Assembly: GCF_016835505.1 (NCBI RefSeq)
Contig: NW_024382994.1
Span: 1 to 50,000, forward strand
DNA from: Polypterus senegalus
Taxonomy: Eukaryota
Reading direction: 5' to 3'
DNA: 50,000 bases
Part shown: piece by piece, positions 35,586-47,520 of the stretch
How positions within the stretch are numbered: position 1 is the first letter of the stretch
Layout of the letters: the number at the start of each line of letters is the position of its first letter
Notes under the pieces: generated by a model
The model's input: only the letters and a program-made list of their open reading frames with translations
What the model was told of the DNA's origin: nothing
The model's database searches: none
Program-made: the position numbers and the translations under genes

Positions 35586-35920
35586 GGTATACATATAAAA
35601 TCCAACGTCTGTCTGTCCGCTTTACATGAGAGAACTACTTAACAGATTTAGATCTTTTTTTTTTCTCTCTATATATCTGGTTGATATTGTGACTTCTGTC
35701 ATCATGCTAAGAATCATAGTTCGCTTGCAGGAGTGATACGTTCACGATAATCTAAGACTGAGGGCCGAGGGGAAGCGTGACGTCAGGAGTGGGGAGTCGG
35801 TCTACCGCTGCGCTTTGGAACGTACTTTGCCTCTGCTTAGCTAGCGATACCGGTTTGGTTATTGGTTTTTAAAGTTTGTTTCACCACTAGAAGGGCAGAG
35901 CCACAGGGAACGTCATCTAA
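35585..35920 (+). repeat. repeat U copy 2
   Basis: It is a direct repeat of U copy 1. Confidence 0.6.
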
Positions 35921-37085
35921 CCCACCATATCCTAACTAATAGGGTCACTGGGCTAGTAATCTATAAAATTATAAATATGGTAAAACAAAGATGTACAATA
36001 TGAAAAAATGCAAATGGTTAATAAAGTTGCAGGATGTACAGTATCACATACTACTCTATACTGCAGTAGATCATACAGGGGTTATTTTATGTTTTTTTGT
36101 ACCATTGAGTCACAAGGCACCAGACAAATGATAGTGTAACCCTTATGAACACAATGAAGTCATTTCACTAAAGATGCTGCTGTGCTACTCCGTCCATTCC
36201 AAAAGAAACCCGTGGTAATTTAGTTCAGCACATCAGAACTGCTTTGGCCACATTGCAAATCCGGCATCCCTTGTCCTTGTATTGCTGGGTCTGTTCTTGG
36301 CAAGGGCTGCCATTAATATGAAAGCCTGTGGCCGTTTCCCTGAATGCACCAGCCTTGTTTTGGCCACATCATAAATTCTGTATTTATTGCAAACACAACA
36401 TGTCAGGCTTGCTTTGGCCACATCCCATGTTCTTTAAGAAGGGTTGGGCTGCAGTTTGCAATACCTAGGACATGGATGGATCAGGCAATACCCACGACAT
36501 CAGTCACAAAACGCCCTTTGACGGAGATAACCCACCCATAACCCTAATCTTAACCACAGTGTAACGGGGCCCTATTGTGATGGGTGTTACATGGACGTTG
36601 AGGGCGTTTTGTGATGTAGGGGCATTACGTGACTGACCTCATTAGGTACTGCAGTCTGCTTGCAGGACTGGCATAGATAGAAATCCAAACCTTTGCCCAT
36701 CTCCTTGAACGCACAGGACATGGTTGGGTCACACTGGGCTGTGCCTCACGGTGTACTGCAGAGTTCAGCAGCAATGAGACCTGCCACACCGTGTCCTCTT
36801 CTGCCATCAAACACTGTTTAGGTGGAAGGGGGTCCTGCGCCACACCTTACAGATTCCCATCACTCTCTGTTTATTAAATTTTAGATCCCCATGTTCCTGG
36901 GGGTCGCCGGGTCACGTCCAGTTTTGCCCATGGCAGGCAGCACTCTGACTGCTTGACCACTTACTGGAATGGATGAAGCAGCACTGGTGTGTCGTAGCCC
37001 TACAGACCACCTCATGTTGCTCGGGACCACTAGTGCCAAGAGAGGAAGACACTGACCACTGCAACACCCCATTTGTTTTTTTAAT

Positions 37086-37097
37086 TTTATTTTTATT
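37086..37097 (-). promoter_or_regulatory. aldoa: two overlapping AATAAA polyadenylation signals, probable aldolase 3' UTR end (~335 nt UTR)
   Basis: Plus-strand tttatttttatt corresponds to AATAAA on the - strand. These are the first such signals downstream of the stop. Confidence 0.45.
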
Positions 37098-37432
37098 ATA
37101 TTCCAGACAGCAACATACAAACACAGACAGATGGACCGACGGACAAGCAGGTGTTAATTTCTTGCTCATGTTCGTTTTAAATATCAAGTTCCGTTTGACT
37201 CATGATATCCGTGAAGGCACACGCTGGGACACAGGAGGTGACATCACGCGGGGAGATAGGGCCAGCTTTGACAGACTACAGCATTGCCACTAAAGCTACG
37301 ACACACTATGGTACGCAGGGTAGACAGGTGGGTGCTCGCCACACTCCCACTTCCTCCAGCCTTCCAGCAGGGGGTAAACCCCCCCCCAGTGTCGGGTGAC
37401 ACGTCAGATGACCACTGGAGGTAGAGCTGGCT

Positions 37433-37528
37433 TTAGTAGGCATGGTTGGCCACAAAGAGGGACTGACCAGCAGCAGCTCCCTGGTCTCCTGAAGAGACGT
37501 ATTTTCCTACGGCAGCCTGGCTGTTATT
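37433..37528 (-). CDS. aldoa: aldolase terminal coding exon 8 ([31 protein letters not shown], stop TAA at 37435-37433)
   Basis: Acceptor is tttcttttccag|. The C-terminus SLFVANHAY* is diagnostic of class I aldolase. Confidence 0.88.
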   Translation of the reverse strand, partial: NNSQAAVGKYVSSGDQGAAAGQSLFVANHAY

Positions 37529-37613
37529 CTGGAAAAGAAAAAGCGAGAGGAGCAGAGGTGAGAAGGGGGCGCAAGCCAAATGGGCATGGTGGGGTGGTTT
37601 GGCGGAGTCTTAC

Positions 37614-37813
37614 CATGGCCCTCTTCATGTACTCTTCCTGTGCCGCCTTAGCGTTCTCCTTCTTGCCACTCCAGGCTTTGAGTGCGGAGGCCTGCAGGGC
37701 GCGACCATAAGAGAAGGTCAAGGCCCAGGGCTTGTGCAGGGGGCACTGGTTGATGGCACTCAAGTTGATGGAGGCTTCCTCCTCACTCTGACCTCCAGAC
37801 AGGAAAGTGACTC
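37614..37813 (-). CDS. aldoa: aldolase coding exon 7 ([67 protein letters not shown])
   Basis: Acceptor is caatag|. Donor is ATG|GTAAGA. The sequence matches aldolase [53 protein letters not shown]. Confidence 0.9.
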
Positions 37814-37910
37814 CTATTGATAAAACAACCAACAAGAGAAGTGGGACAGTTGGAAAGGACCAAGGGGTCAAAACTGGCAATAAAATGCCAACCACCATGA
37901 GACATCTAAC

Positions 37911-38085
37911 CTGGCACTGCAGGTGGAACAGTGCGGCGCAGAGCAGTCACCGTTGCCATGGCGATCTCCTGAGGGGCATACTTGTGGGTGCAGGCGTGGC
38001 CAGCTGTCACCATGTTGGGTTTGAGCAGGGTGCCCTCCAGGTAGACATGGTGGTCACTCAGAGCTTTGTACACTGCAGCCAGAAC
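37911..38085 (-). CDS. aldoa: aldolase coding exon 6 ([58 protein letters not shown] + g)
   Basis: Acceptor is atgtag|. Donor is G|GTTAGA, which is non-consensus at +3. The phase agrees with the next exon. Confidence 0.85.
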
Positions 38086-38130
38086 CTACATAGGCAGGAC
38101 AATAGTGGGTAAACATGGCAGATGAGGCTA

Positions 38131-38250
<120 letters not shown>

Positions 38251-38333
38251 CTAAGGAAGAAAAAAAAATATATATGACAGGGTATCAACTAGCCATCCCC
38301 TCCGACATAGTGGTGTACATCTGGTGGCGCTCA

Positions 38334-38552
<219 letters not shown>

Positions 38553-38615
38553 TTATAAAAATGGTAATACTAGATAGATTGGCAAAATTTGGGACAGTCA
38601 GGTGGGCATTCTCAC

Positions 38616-38670
38616 CTTGGGTGGTGGTTTCACCATTGGTGCCAGCCAGGGGGACAACACCTTTGTCAAC
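38616..38670 (-). CDS. aldoa: aldolase coding exon 3 (VDKGVVPLAGTNGETTTQ + g)
   Basis: Acceptor is cttgcag|. Donor is G|GTGAGA. The sequence is identical to the aldolase VDKGVVPLAGTNGETTTQG. Confidence 0.9.
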
Positions 38671-38929
38671 CTGCAAGACAGAGGAAGTGAAGAAAATAAG
38701 GGCCACTGGCGACAAAGGTAATTGGTACCAGTGACTGGCAACTCCCCTGAAAGTAAAAGGGGGAGGTCCTGTGCCAACCCATCGGCAATGCCTTTCCAGC
38801 CAGGGTGCAGAAACTGTAAAAGCACTTGATGAAATAAAAGTGACCTAGAACTGCCAACTTAAGCGAGATGGCTTCTTCACCAGGCTCTGTACAAAGTTAG
38901 GAGTGCCCTGCATAAGCTACTGGACCTAC

Positions 38930-39141
38930 CTTGATGCCCACAACAATGCCCTTGTCCTTGATGACCTTAGGGAAGAGCACCCCAGCGTCATTCTTCTGGT
39001 AGAGGGTCTCGTGGAAAAAGATGACCCCACCGATGCAGCCCTTCATGCGGTCGTCGGCAGAGAAGAGGATCTGACGGTAGAAACGGCGGTTCTCCTCGGT
39101 GTTCTCCACGTTGATCTGCTGCATGCGCTTGGCCATACTGC
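38930..39141 (-). CDS. aldoa: aldolase coding exon 2 ([71 protein letters not shown])
   Basis: Acceptor is tgtag|. Donor is AAG|GTAGGT. The sequence matches aldolase ...[12 protein letters not shown]...CIGGVI(L/F)FHETLYQK...VVGIK. Confidence 0.9.
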
Positions 39142-39228
39142 CTACAAGTCAAAGAGGGCGAGATATGAGTGGGTTAAAGCTCTGCCAACACCTTCCTCCC
39201 AGTGGCGACATTCCAGGACGATCCTTAC

Positions 39229-39340
39229 CGGTGGACTCATCGGCTGCCAGGATCCCCTTTCCAGGGGCGACGATCTTCTGGGCAATTTCTGCGAGCTCCT
39301 TCTTCTGCTCTGGGGACAGCGCTGGGTATTCGTGTGGCAT
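39229..39340 (-). CDS. aldoa: fructose-bisphosphate aldolase (class I), coding exon 1 ([37 protein letters not shown] + g); ATG at 39340-39338
   Basis: Translation matches the aldolase N-terminus (human [43 protein letters not shown]). Donor is G|GTAAGG. An acceptor (ttgctttgcag) lies 8 nt upstream of the ATG, so further 5' UTR exon(s) lie upstream. Confidence 0.9.
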
Positions 39341-40699
39341 TTTGACGCTGCAAAGCAACAACAGATAAGATTGACAGATGGGTCAGAGAGTTGAGAAGAC
39401 GTCCATTAGCCTTCGGGACATTCTGGGTGTGGGCACCGGGGGCTCATGACGGCAAGGGGCCTTTTCACCAATACAAAGCTCAATGAAATAATCACTTTAT
39501 CAGGTGGTCCCCTTTGGTCATCTGATCGAGTCCCAAGACTAAGAATAAAAAAAAGAAATCACATACTGCATTCAAAAACCCACGAGTCCGTGTGCTGCAC
39601 TGCTAAGAGTACAATCAAATCTCGAAAGAGGATAAGTCATCCAGGGGTCTGCAGGGGGCTTAATTAGTCACCTGGCATAAGCAAGCTGAGTAACTAGAAG
39701 CAGGTCATGTTACAAAGTGCCCGGAGCAGTCTTTATGGGCCTCACCCCAATTTCCAAAGAGTGCCATGTGACCTGGACTTGTCCCCCACAACCTAAAACG
39801 AGGCCACATGGCAGAGGTGACACTGAGCAGGAAGTTGGCACCCACATTTACGGCGCTACGGTGTTGATAATTGGGGGTGACAAATGGGCAGTCCTTGCAA
39901 ATTGGCGCAACCCATCTAGGGAGACAGAGGAAATCTGAGATGACCAAGCAAGAGAATTAATAAAAGGAGGAGGACGTGGCTGCAGATGCGCTGGTGGGGT
40001 CTGCAGTGTCAAAGAATGCCCTTTGCCAAGGTCACCTGGGCCTAATGAACCACAAGTATGAAGGGTCCGGAAAAACTGGGCATCCCATCAAGGGAGATGA
40101 CCAAGAAAGAGGTGGTGGCTGGGAAGAGACCAGCAAAGACCAAAATACCAGTAGAGACCAGTATGTGGTGCTAAAAGGGAAGGAGGCAAACAAGCGATTC
40201 TAGCGAGATGTGGTGAAGCCAAGTCAGTCTCATAACTCTCTCCACAATGTGTGCGACCTGAAGGAGGAGACAGGCGGTGATGGGGGGCAATCTAATCGGC
40301 CGCACCACAACGTTCACCATTTTTTTTTATCAATTTTAAGCGGCACTCCTTCACATTTGAAGCACTCAAAGTCTCTAAAGTGAAGAAGTTTGTCCAGACG
40401 GAGATTAAAGGGTCTTAGTGGGCGAGCGAAACGGGAATGGAGACGAGGCCATCGGGGAGAATTAGGAGATGTCAGCTCAATTTCACGGCTCACTGTGGAG
40501 ATGCAGACAGGAAAGATCAATTCGTAGATAACGTTCGGAGCAGACCCATGACCCCCAGCCCCCAATCCCCCATCCATCATTGAACAACGAAAATGGGGCA
40601 ACAAGTGACGATGTGGAATGCGCCTGAAAGAAGTCAACTGCGGTACCCCACCGAACCCGTAACCTTCACAATGCCCCCCAAATGCGGCAGACCGTTTAA

Positions 40700-41520
40700 T
40701 ACGCAACTTCCATCAAAACGGTGGATTTTTAGGACGAAGCGGCGTAACCGTTGGGGGGAAGCGAATCTTACCAGAAAAGAGACACTGCGTCATAAACCGG
40801 GCCGTGGGTGTCGCACTCGTGTCAAGCCGCGTGTTAGGGGGGGTATGTTGGGGCACAGGAGCAACAAGTGCGGCACGGACGCAACAGCAAGACAGACAGG
40901 TGACAGCTGCCCAACGTTCGTAAACCCCAACCACCCTCCAGACCGTCCTATTCCAACGGGCCGGCATCTTGAACCTTCAATCTAATCGCGAATCACCCCC
41001 CCTAGGATCCCACCTCTTTTCCTCGCGTCCCTCTCTTCCTCGCTTTCTCTCACCAACCTCATAGCGCCTAACACGCCACGGAGAGGCCGGTCGGGTGCAG
41101 CGTAACCCGATCCCTCAGCTCTCACCTAACTGTCGCCCTTGCGCCTTCAGTGACCTTGCCGAGGATGAGCAGGAAGCTGCGGCGACTTAGAGAAGAAAGG
41201 CAGAGCGGAATGAATTCTCACCTACGGAGGGATAAACACCGGAGTTCTGAGTGAAATCAAGCGGCGCTGCGATGTCAGCGAAGGGTCCAAAAGTGGTCCT
41301 CAACCGGAGATGTTGCAATGAGGAAGGAAGGCGAAGAGGAGGAAAAGCAGTAGGGTGGGGGGTGGGGCGGATGATGATGAGAGGCTACGACGTCAGGGGG
41401 CGTGGACGCGAGTCAGGCAGAAGGGGGATAGGCCGGAGGGCGTGGCAGTCAAGATGAGTGGGCGGGATTAGAGGACGGGTCCCTGTCTCTTCAAGGACAC
41501 GACGTGAAGTGCGAATGTCG
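40700..41520 (-). promoter_or_regulatory. aldoa: CpG island / probable aldolase promoter and non-coding first exon(s); candidate donor (minus) gacagttag|gtgagagc near 41127
   Basis: The segment has dense CpG and GC-rich motifs and lies upstream (in minus orientation) of the aldolase coding exon 1 acceptor. Exon boundaries are not resolved. Confidence 0.4.
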
Positions 41521-42189
41521 CAAAAAAAAAAAATCACCGCCACCTCGACGTCAGACAGAGAACGGGCACAATCTGTTTAATGCAAGACTTCGTGTATTCA
41601 AATCAAACCTCAAAATGACACAAACTGCGGTCCGACTATGTGATGCTTTTCACTCGCCAGTCCTGCTGGTCCATCGGAAAAATCCAAACTTGATAAGCGT
41701 GGCGCCTTTTAAAACATAATCCAATAGTATGGAAAGGATTTGGGAAATCTTCATACTTCACTGCCATTTACTTTCAGATATTTATTTAACCCCGAGGCCC
41801 TTGCCCGCGTTTACATCCCTGCGATTTATCATCTGATGGATCCGAGTTGTATTTTTCAATGCTTTGTGAAGGAAGGTCTGCTTGATGGATCAAGATGAAC
41901 GAACTTTTTTTCTTTCTTGCATGTCTGTTCAGACCACAATTGACAAGAATACAATGAAATAAAAAACAGGACCAGTCTGAATTTGAAAGGTTAGTTGGAG
42001 GTATCCAGAACCCCCATGTCTGATGCCCAGCTAATACCAAAGCCCTTAGACCTGTAAACTTCTCCCATATCAGCATTCTAGCATTTTGACCCATTGAGTG
42101 AACATCGTGAAAAACTCTCCTGGGCTGCACATCAAACTGTAAAGAATAAGGGCGCAGGTTCACCGCGAGTTAACACGGCCAATTCACAG

Positions 42190-42960
42190 AAGACAGACAG
42201 AAAATCATGGATCCAAAGTATTTGGTGTAGTTGGCAGGATGAGACAGACAGAGGTAATGTCATATAATTGAGATAGCAAATACTCCATATATTATATAGA
42301 CAGTGTGTGCTACTATGTAACAGATGGCATTATATAATTAATAGGTAAATATAAAGGTATTATACAATAGAGGAGTTCTATATAACAGACTGCAAAGACT
42401 AAGAGGTGCTGCCGCCTAATGGGCACTATATAATTAATAGATGGATGTGAAAGGCACTATATGACAGAACTAGCTGTGGACGACAGCACAGTATACAAGC
42501 TAGACAGATATGAATGACTTTTTATATTGTGTGCCATATGCATAACATTAATTATATTAAATAAAAGAGACAATCTAATGCAAAGATAAATGAAAGGCAC
42601 TATATACGAGCTACAGAGGTCGATAGTGCCGGACGGATGTGAAATACACGATGACAGACTTTCCTATCATGGTTATTGCTATTAAGATACATAGATAGCT
42701 AAACGGATAGAGGAGCTTCTGTAAAATCAAGAGATGGCAAAGGCCCTGCGTAACAGACAGATGTGCTTCTATACAATAGATAACAAGGTCACGACGGATA
42801 TGAAAGATGCTATATACTACACTGAACGCTCAATAGATGTGAAAGGCACTGTATGATAGAATGACGTCTAAGGCACCATATACTAGACAGCTAGCCAGCC
42901 TGGTACAAATGCCGTTCATGGCAATTGGTACTATAATTAAGACAGATGCGGACTTTAAGG
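42190..42960 (-). repeat. satellite-like tandem array (units gatgtgaaaggcactatat...), at least 10 units, beginning with terminus tatttggtgtagttggcaggatgagacagacag
   Basis: The units are the reverse complement of the 14340-14700 array. The terminal motif is shared with 17395-17660. Confidence 0.6.
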
Positions 42961-43109
42961 CTACTCCTTGTATTTCTTGTACCTGAGCCTTTTGAACTCG
43001 TAGGCTATATGCCGATAACGTTCACCCATAAAATGTGCGCTTCTCTGGTTTTCTGAACTGCAGTTGAAGGTTAAAAAGGATATAAAGGGTTTTTTAGGGA
43101 TCCATTTAC

Positions 43110-43220
43110 TGCGGTGAGCTGGCGCCCTGCCTGGGGTTTGTTTCCTGCCTTGCGCCCTGTGTTGGCTGGGATTGGCTTCAGCTGACCCCCGTAACCCTCT
43201 GTTAGGATATAGCGGGTGGG
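43110..43220 (-). mobile_element. SINE 5' fragment, reverse orientation
   Basis: It is the reverse complement of the head region (ccgctatatcctaacagagggttacgggggtcagctgaagccaatcccagccaacacagggcgcaaggcaggaaac). Confidence 0.65.
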
Positions 43221-44034
43221 ATAATGACTGACTGACATTAATGTTATAAAATATACTTATGAAATAGACCTACACCTTTAACACTCTGACGATTCTGATC
43301 ATGCTGTAGAAGACTACTCCCTGTTCAAGCATTAGATGAATGGATAGGGAGCCATTTACGCTGTACTCACGTGCAAGCTGTGAGAAGTTAGGAAAAAACA
43401 AAATAGGGAAAAATCTTCAATTCGTCAGGTGTGACGCACCGATGAACAAAATGCCGATTATGTTTTTCCTTCTGCATATACGCAGATGAGACTGAGCAGT
43501 CGTGTCTCTGGTTATCTTTCCTATTGCCTTCCAGTGGGGATCATCTTCAACTACTTTTCGCTATTAGCCTCCTGCTCTCCACATGCTTCCTTCGATCGGT
43601 GTTGGGGTGTGGGGGGGGAGATTGTATTTAACCACACGTGTACAAATACACATACAGATTTATATAAAAGTTATAACTTTATTCTTATGGCATCCCCGAT
43701 CTCCGTAAAGAAAGCGGGCGGTCCGATCAGGCGCAGCATCATCATTCTGCATCCTTTGCGGTAAATGGAGGCGTGACTACGCGGTTATGGGCGGTCCTTT
43801 CGTGTGGGCGTGGTGTCTTCGGCGGACGTGACTGCCTGCACCTCTCGCACCGCTCGATTCTGTTCCGTGCAGTGACCGCAGAATGGAAGCACATCCGTGG
43901 CAGTGATGCGCTTTACATCCGCACGACTCACCCCGAGTGTGACGTGTTGTAGGCGCTTAGTCACAAAGGCTCTCTGCATACGCAGGTCCTCCGTCCCATG
44001 CGCAGCAAAGCACTGATGGTGCTTCACATACCTG

Positions 44035-44036
<2 letters not shown>

Positions 44037-44092
<56 letters not shown>
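44037..44092. repeat. (GA)28 microsatellite
   Basis: Visible as gagagagag... Confidence 0.9.
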
Positions 44093-44095
<3 letters not shown>

Positions 44096-44460
44096 TGGAG
44101 GCTCGGGCCGCTCCCCTTTATGCGCGCTGTTGGTCGCCTGGTCTTGTTGCGACTTGCACAAACGTCTTAGTCACGCTGCTGCAGTGTTTGCCAAGAGGCT
44201 TGTCCGTTTTCCGGTCCCAACAAAAAAGGCAATGTTTAAGCAAAGCAAATAATCTGTTTATTTATAGCATCAAGTGTCTTCCACCGTGAACACTGTTGCA
44301 TTTCGCTTTACCAACACAAGACAATCTATAAAAACGGACTATGGAGATCAAACATAGGATTAGTGCTTCCGCAAGTTTTTATTTCAAATGAAGTCTTCCA
44401 TTCTGTGGAGACTCCATCTAATATTTATGTACTTTAAGTATAAAAATAAAATTTTATATG

Positions 44461-44477
44461 TTAAAAAAAAAAATTAC
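44461..44477 (-). terminator. RNA polymerase III terminator T-run immediately 3' of tRNA-Gly
   Basis: Plus-strand ttaaaaaaaaaaattac reads as T11 on the minus strand, directly after the discriminator base. Confidence 0.7.
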
Positions 44478-44549
44478 TGCGTTGGCCGGGAATCGAACCC
44501 GGGTCAACTGCTTGGAAGGCAGCTATGCTAACCACTATACCACCAACGC
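44478..44549 (-). tRNA. tRNA-Gly (anticodon TCC)
   Basis: The minus-strand sequence GCGTTGGTGGTATAGTGGTtAGCATAGCTGCCTTCCAAGCAGTTGACCCGGGTTCGATTCCCGGCCAACGCA matches the canonical vertebrate tRNA-Gly-TCC, with A box TAGTGG, B box GGTTCGATTCC and anticodon loop CTTCCAA. Confidence 0.9.
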
Positions 44550-44879
44550 TCGCTGAATTACTTTTTGAAACTTAACTATATGAAGTACACATCAGTACAG
44601 TAATATTGTACAGTATAGTAGTCGTTATTTGTAGTGTTGTTATGGATACGGCTTTGTAAACAATACACAAACTACGTGACGTCACAAGCAGGATTGCCAG
44701 TCGTCCCGTTTTGAGCAGGATTGTCCCGAGTTCAGACAAATCGAGTACCGTATTGCCACTGAAAATCGATTGAACAATAATTGTGCAGAAAAAAATCTTA
44801 ATATTCATTATAGAAATTTGTAAGTTAAAGTGTCTTGCTAAATTCTTGTAGACAGCCTAGCGTACCACCTTTTACGAAT

Positions 44880-45260
44880 AAAACCTGTAACTGTGAACTG
44901 AATTCGGGGGTTTGAATCGCGCGCGTCCGTGTTGTCGTGCGTTTCTCGTGCTCATTATGGCCGCTCGTCCTCGCGAGTAATCCGTTTTGAAAGTGAAGCG
45001 ACACTGAAAGACTTCGACTAACAAGGTACCTACAAATGTGCATCGTCTTTACATATATCATGTCGTATTATATGAAACATATTACAAGTTATATCGGTTA
45101 GACACGAGCACTGCAACGCTAACACGCCAATTCTTAAATGGATTATTTGAAAATTGTTCTCAAAACACGTCCGGCTAGGCCTCGTACGAGCCCAAGGTAG
45201 GCGGCTACGCACAAGCGTGTCTGTTGGACGGCGGTTCGGCATATTCCGGTTCCGCGCACC
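44880..45260. promoter_or_regulatory. CpG island with candidate + strand donor (ctaacaag|gtacct ~45027); candidate promoter of an unidentified transcript
   Basis: The segment is CpG-dense (cgcgcgcgtccgtg, ggccgctcgtcctcgcgag, ggcggttcggc). No coding exon could be linked to it. Confidence 0.25.
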
Positions 45261-46899
45261 TCTTACATCTCCATCTTTGATTTTTCTAATGACTTGATGA
45301 AAGTTTAAGTGGCACAAAATGAAAGATGTTCTGCAACATGACGGCTTTCTGGGGTGCTGGCAGACTGGCCAAGTGCCAACCTATAAATTGCTGCTCTTGG
45401 TCCAGTACTTCCTACTAAGTGCTTTGTAGAATCACCGAGGCTGCCAAGCTCATCGATCCATCACTTTTCTCCTTTTGTCCATTTCTCCTTCAGTTCCAGC
45501 CAACCCCCCATCCTGCAAAAGCTCCTCTCTTATTCCCGTCGAGCTGTGCATGAAGGTCACGTCTAAATTTAGGACCCCATTACATTTTTGGAACAGCTGC
45601 ACCCGGCTATCAGCTCGCCTCTGGCTGTCAGAGCTCCACACTCCTCATCAGGGCAGAGGCCAACAGCCGGGCTTACAGTTCCGTGATGTGTCACAAGTGA
45701 TAGCAGTGGGCGCTGAGCAGAGGGAGAGGCGACAGAACAAAAAAAAAAAAGCAAATCAAACTGGTTTATAACCTGCATAATACAAAACACACGAGGAACT
45801 GCAACACTCGCTCACGCCAGGCAAAATGCCACGAGCAGGATCGGTGACACACTTGTCCACGTTACTGTCATGCCATCTTGATTAATCTTTAAGCATCTGG
45901 AAACGCCACCCGCACAGCCTATACACAGAGGTTGCCAATCGGGTTTGATGACTTGTGGCATCAAGATATTCTAGAGGTGAATTGAAAAATGCCCATCATG
46001 CCAGCTTCAAAGGGTTAAGAAGCTGCATGCCCAAGTTAGGACACAAATGTGGCCAAATAATTTTGAAGTGGGTCTGCCAGGCAACTTCTGAGCATTCCAC
46101 TTGAGAAATTCAAGACAAAATGTCACCGAAATGTCACTGGAAGCTATTTGGACTTCAAGAGGGTCTTATTTTCATTCCAACCAAATTCTGTAAGAGTCTT
46201 GGCTTCAGTCTCATTTCAGAAATTCTCTGTTCAGTATCTCATGTTTGTAACTTAAACAAATTACAAATAAATAAAAAAAATATTCAGGGGAATGGAGCTG
46301 CGATCAACACATCCAAGTCTAACTGTCATCTCCGCAGGCTCTGCACGTTCTCCCCATGGCCGGGTGCTCCACCAGACTACTTGAGGTTTTATTTCACATT
46401 CCAAAAACTGCTGTGATTGTGTTAATGGGGACTCGGGACAAGTGAGGGCTCCCTGGAATGGACAAGCATGAAGTGCAGCCTGCCGGTGGGGAGACATGGC
46501 CTCCTCACCACCACCACTCCAAGGCTGGACTTGGCCATGATAATAGCAATGCACTATAATACATATATAAATAAAATGCATTATCATCATTGAGCCCACC
46601 TTTCCCAGGTAGCGTCTCCACAAAACACAAATGTTTGATATTATTTGTAACCAGCGTCACTCGTTTGATCTTCTTCCTGTGTTAATATTCCTTTCGTATC
46701 CATTTCAATATTTATGAAGTGAATTGAGCTTGAGAAAAAGGTGCTATATAAATAATATGCATACACACACACACACTATCCACCTTAATAAAAGAACGTA
46801 TGTCTGCATGTCCATTCCAGCTGCTATGTCCATCATTCAAAGATGGTACATAAACATTTTTAGTAATAAAATCACATTTGCCATTTCAACAGATGACAG

Positions 46900-47520
46900 A
46901 CATACTTAAGAAAAATGTCTGGCATTTGTCAATCCAACAGATGGCGCATCAAAAAAAACTCCAAGAAACAATCTCACATTACTTGTGTTTGGGACATTGT
47001 GAGCATATGCCGTGTGTGGATTATGAGACATTTTTATCAATATATTGTTAAATATAATAAAAGGATACGATACGCGTCTGTGTGTCCATCCAAGTGTTAT
47101 GTCTCCGTCATCCCAAAAGATGGTATATAAAACCTTTCTAGTAATAAAATGTACCACATTTTCATTTTCAACAGATGGCACATCACAAACATTTGTAATT
47201 AAACGCATTACTACAAGTATGATGCACCATCTGTTGGAATGGCAGAGACATCACAACCAGATGAACACAGGTACAAAGACATATAGATAGCTTTCCTTTT
47301 ATTAATGTGGACTAGCTGTACTACCCGTCTACAATGGTTTGAAATCTAAGTAATCAACGTAGACCTCCATGCATTCAATGTTAACATTTGCAGTGCACCA
47401 TCTATTGGAATTTATTTTATAATGCATGAGATCATTTTTATCATTCCAACAGATGGCACAAATATTAACACTACTTTTACAAACCCCATACCAAATGGCA
47501 TATAACAGAGAAACACACTC
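46900..47520. mobile_element. second cluster of the same hairpin MITE family (4-5 partial copies)
   Basis: The motifs caatccaacagatggcgcatca, ttttcaacagatggcacatcacaaacatttgtaatt...gatgcaccatctgttggaatgg and cattccaacagatggcacaaat repeat. Confidence 0.6.

Noticed and set aside
38903-39394. 163 aa + ORF overlapping aldolase exons
   Set aside because: It is antisense to well-supported aldolase exons 1-2. It shows no homology and is typical antisense ORF noise.
40314-40985. Overlapping 130 aa ORFs on both strands
   Set aside because: They lie within the GC-rich aldolase upstream CpG island, where long chance ORFs are expected. They show no homology.
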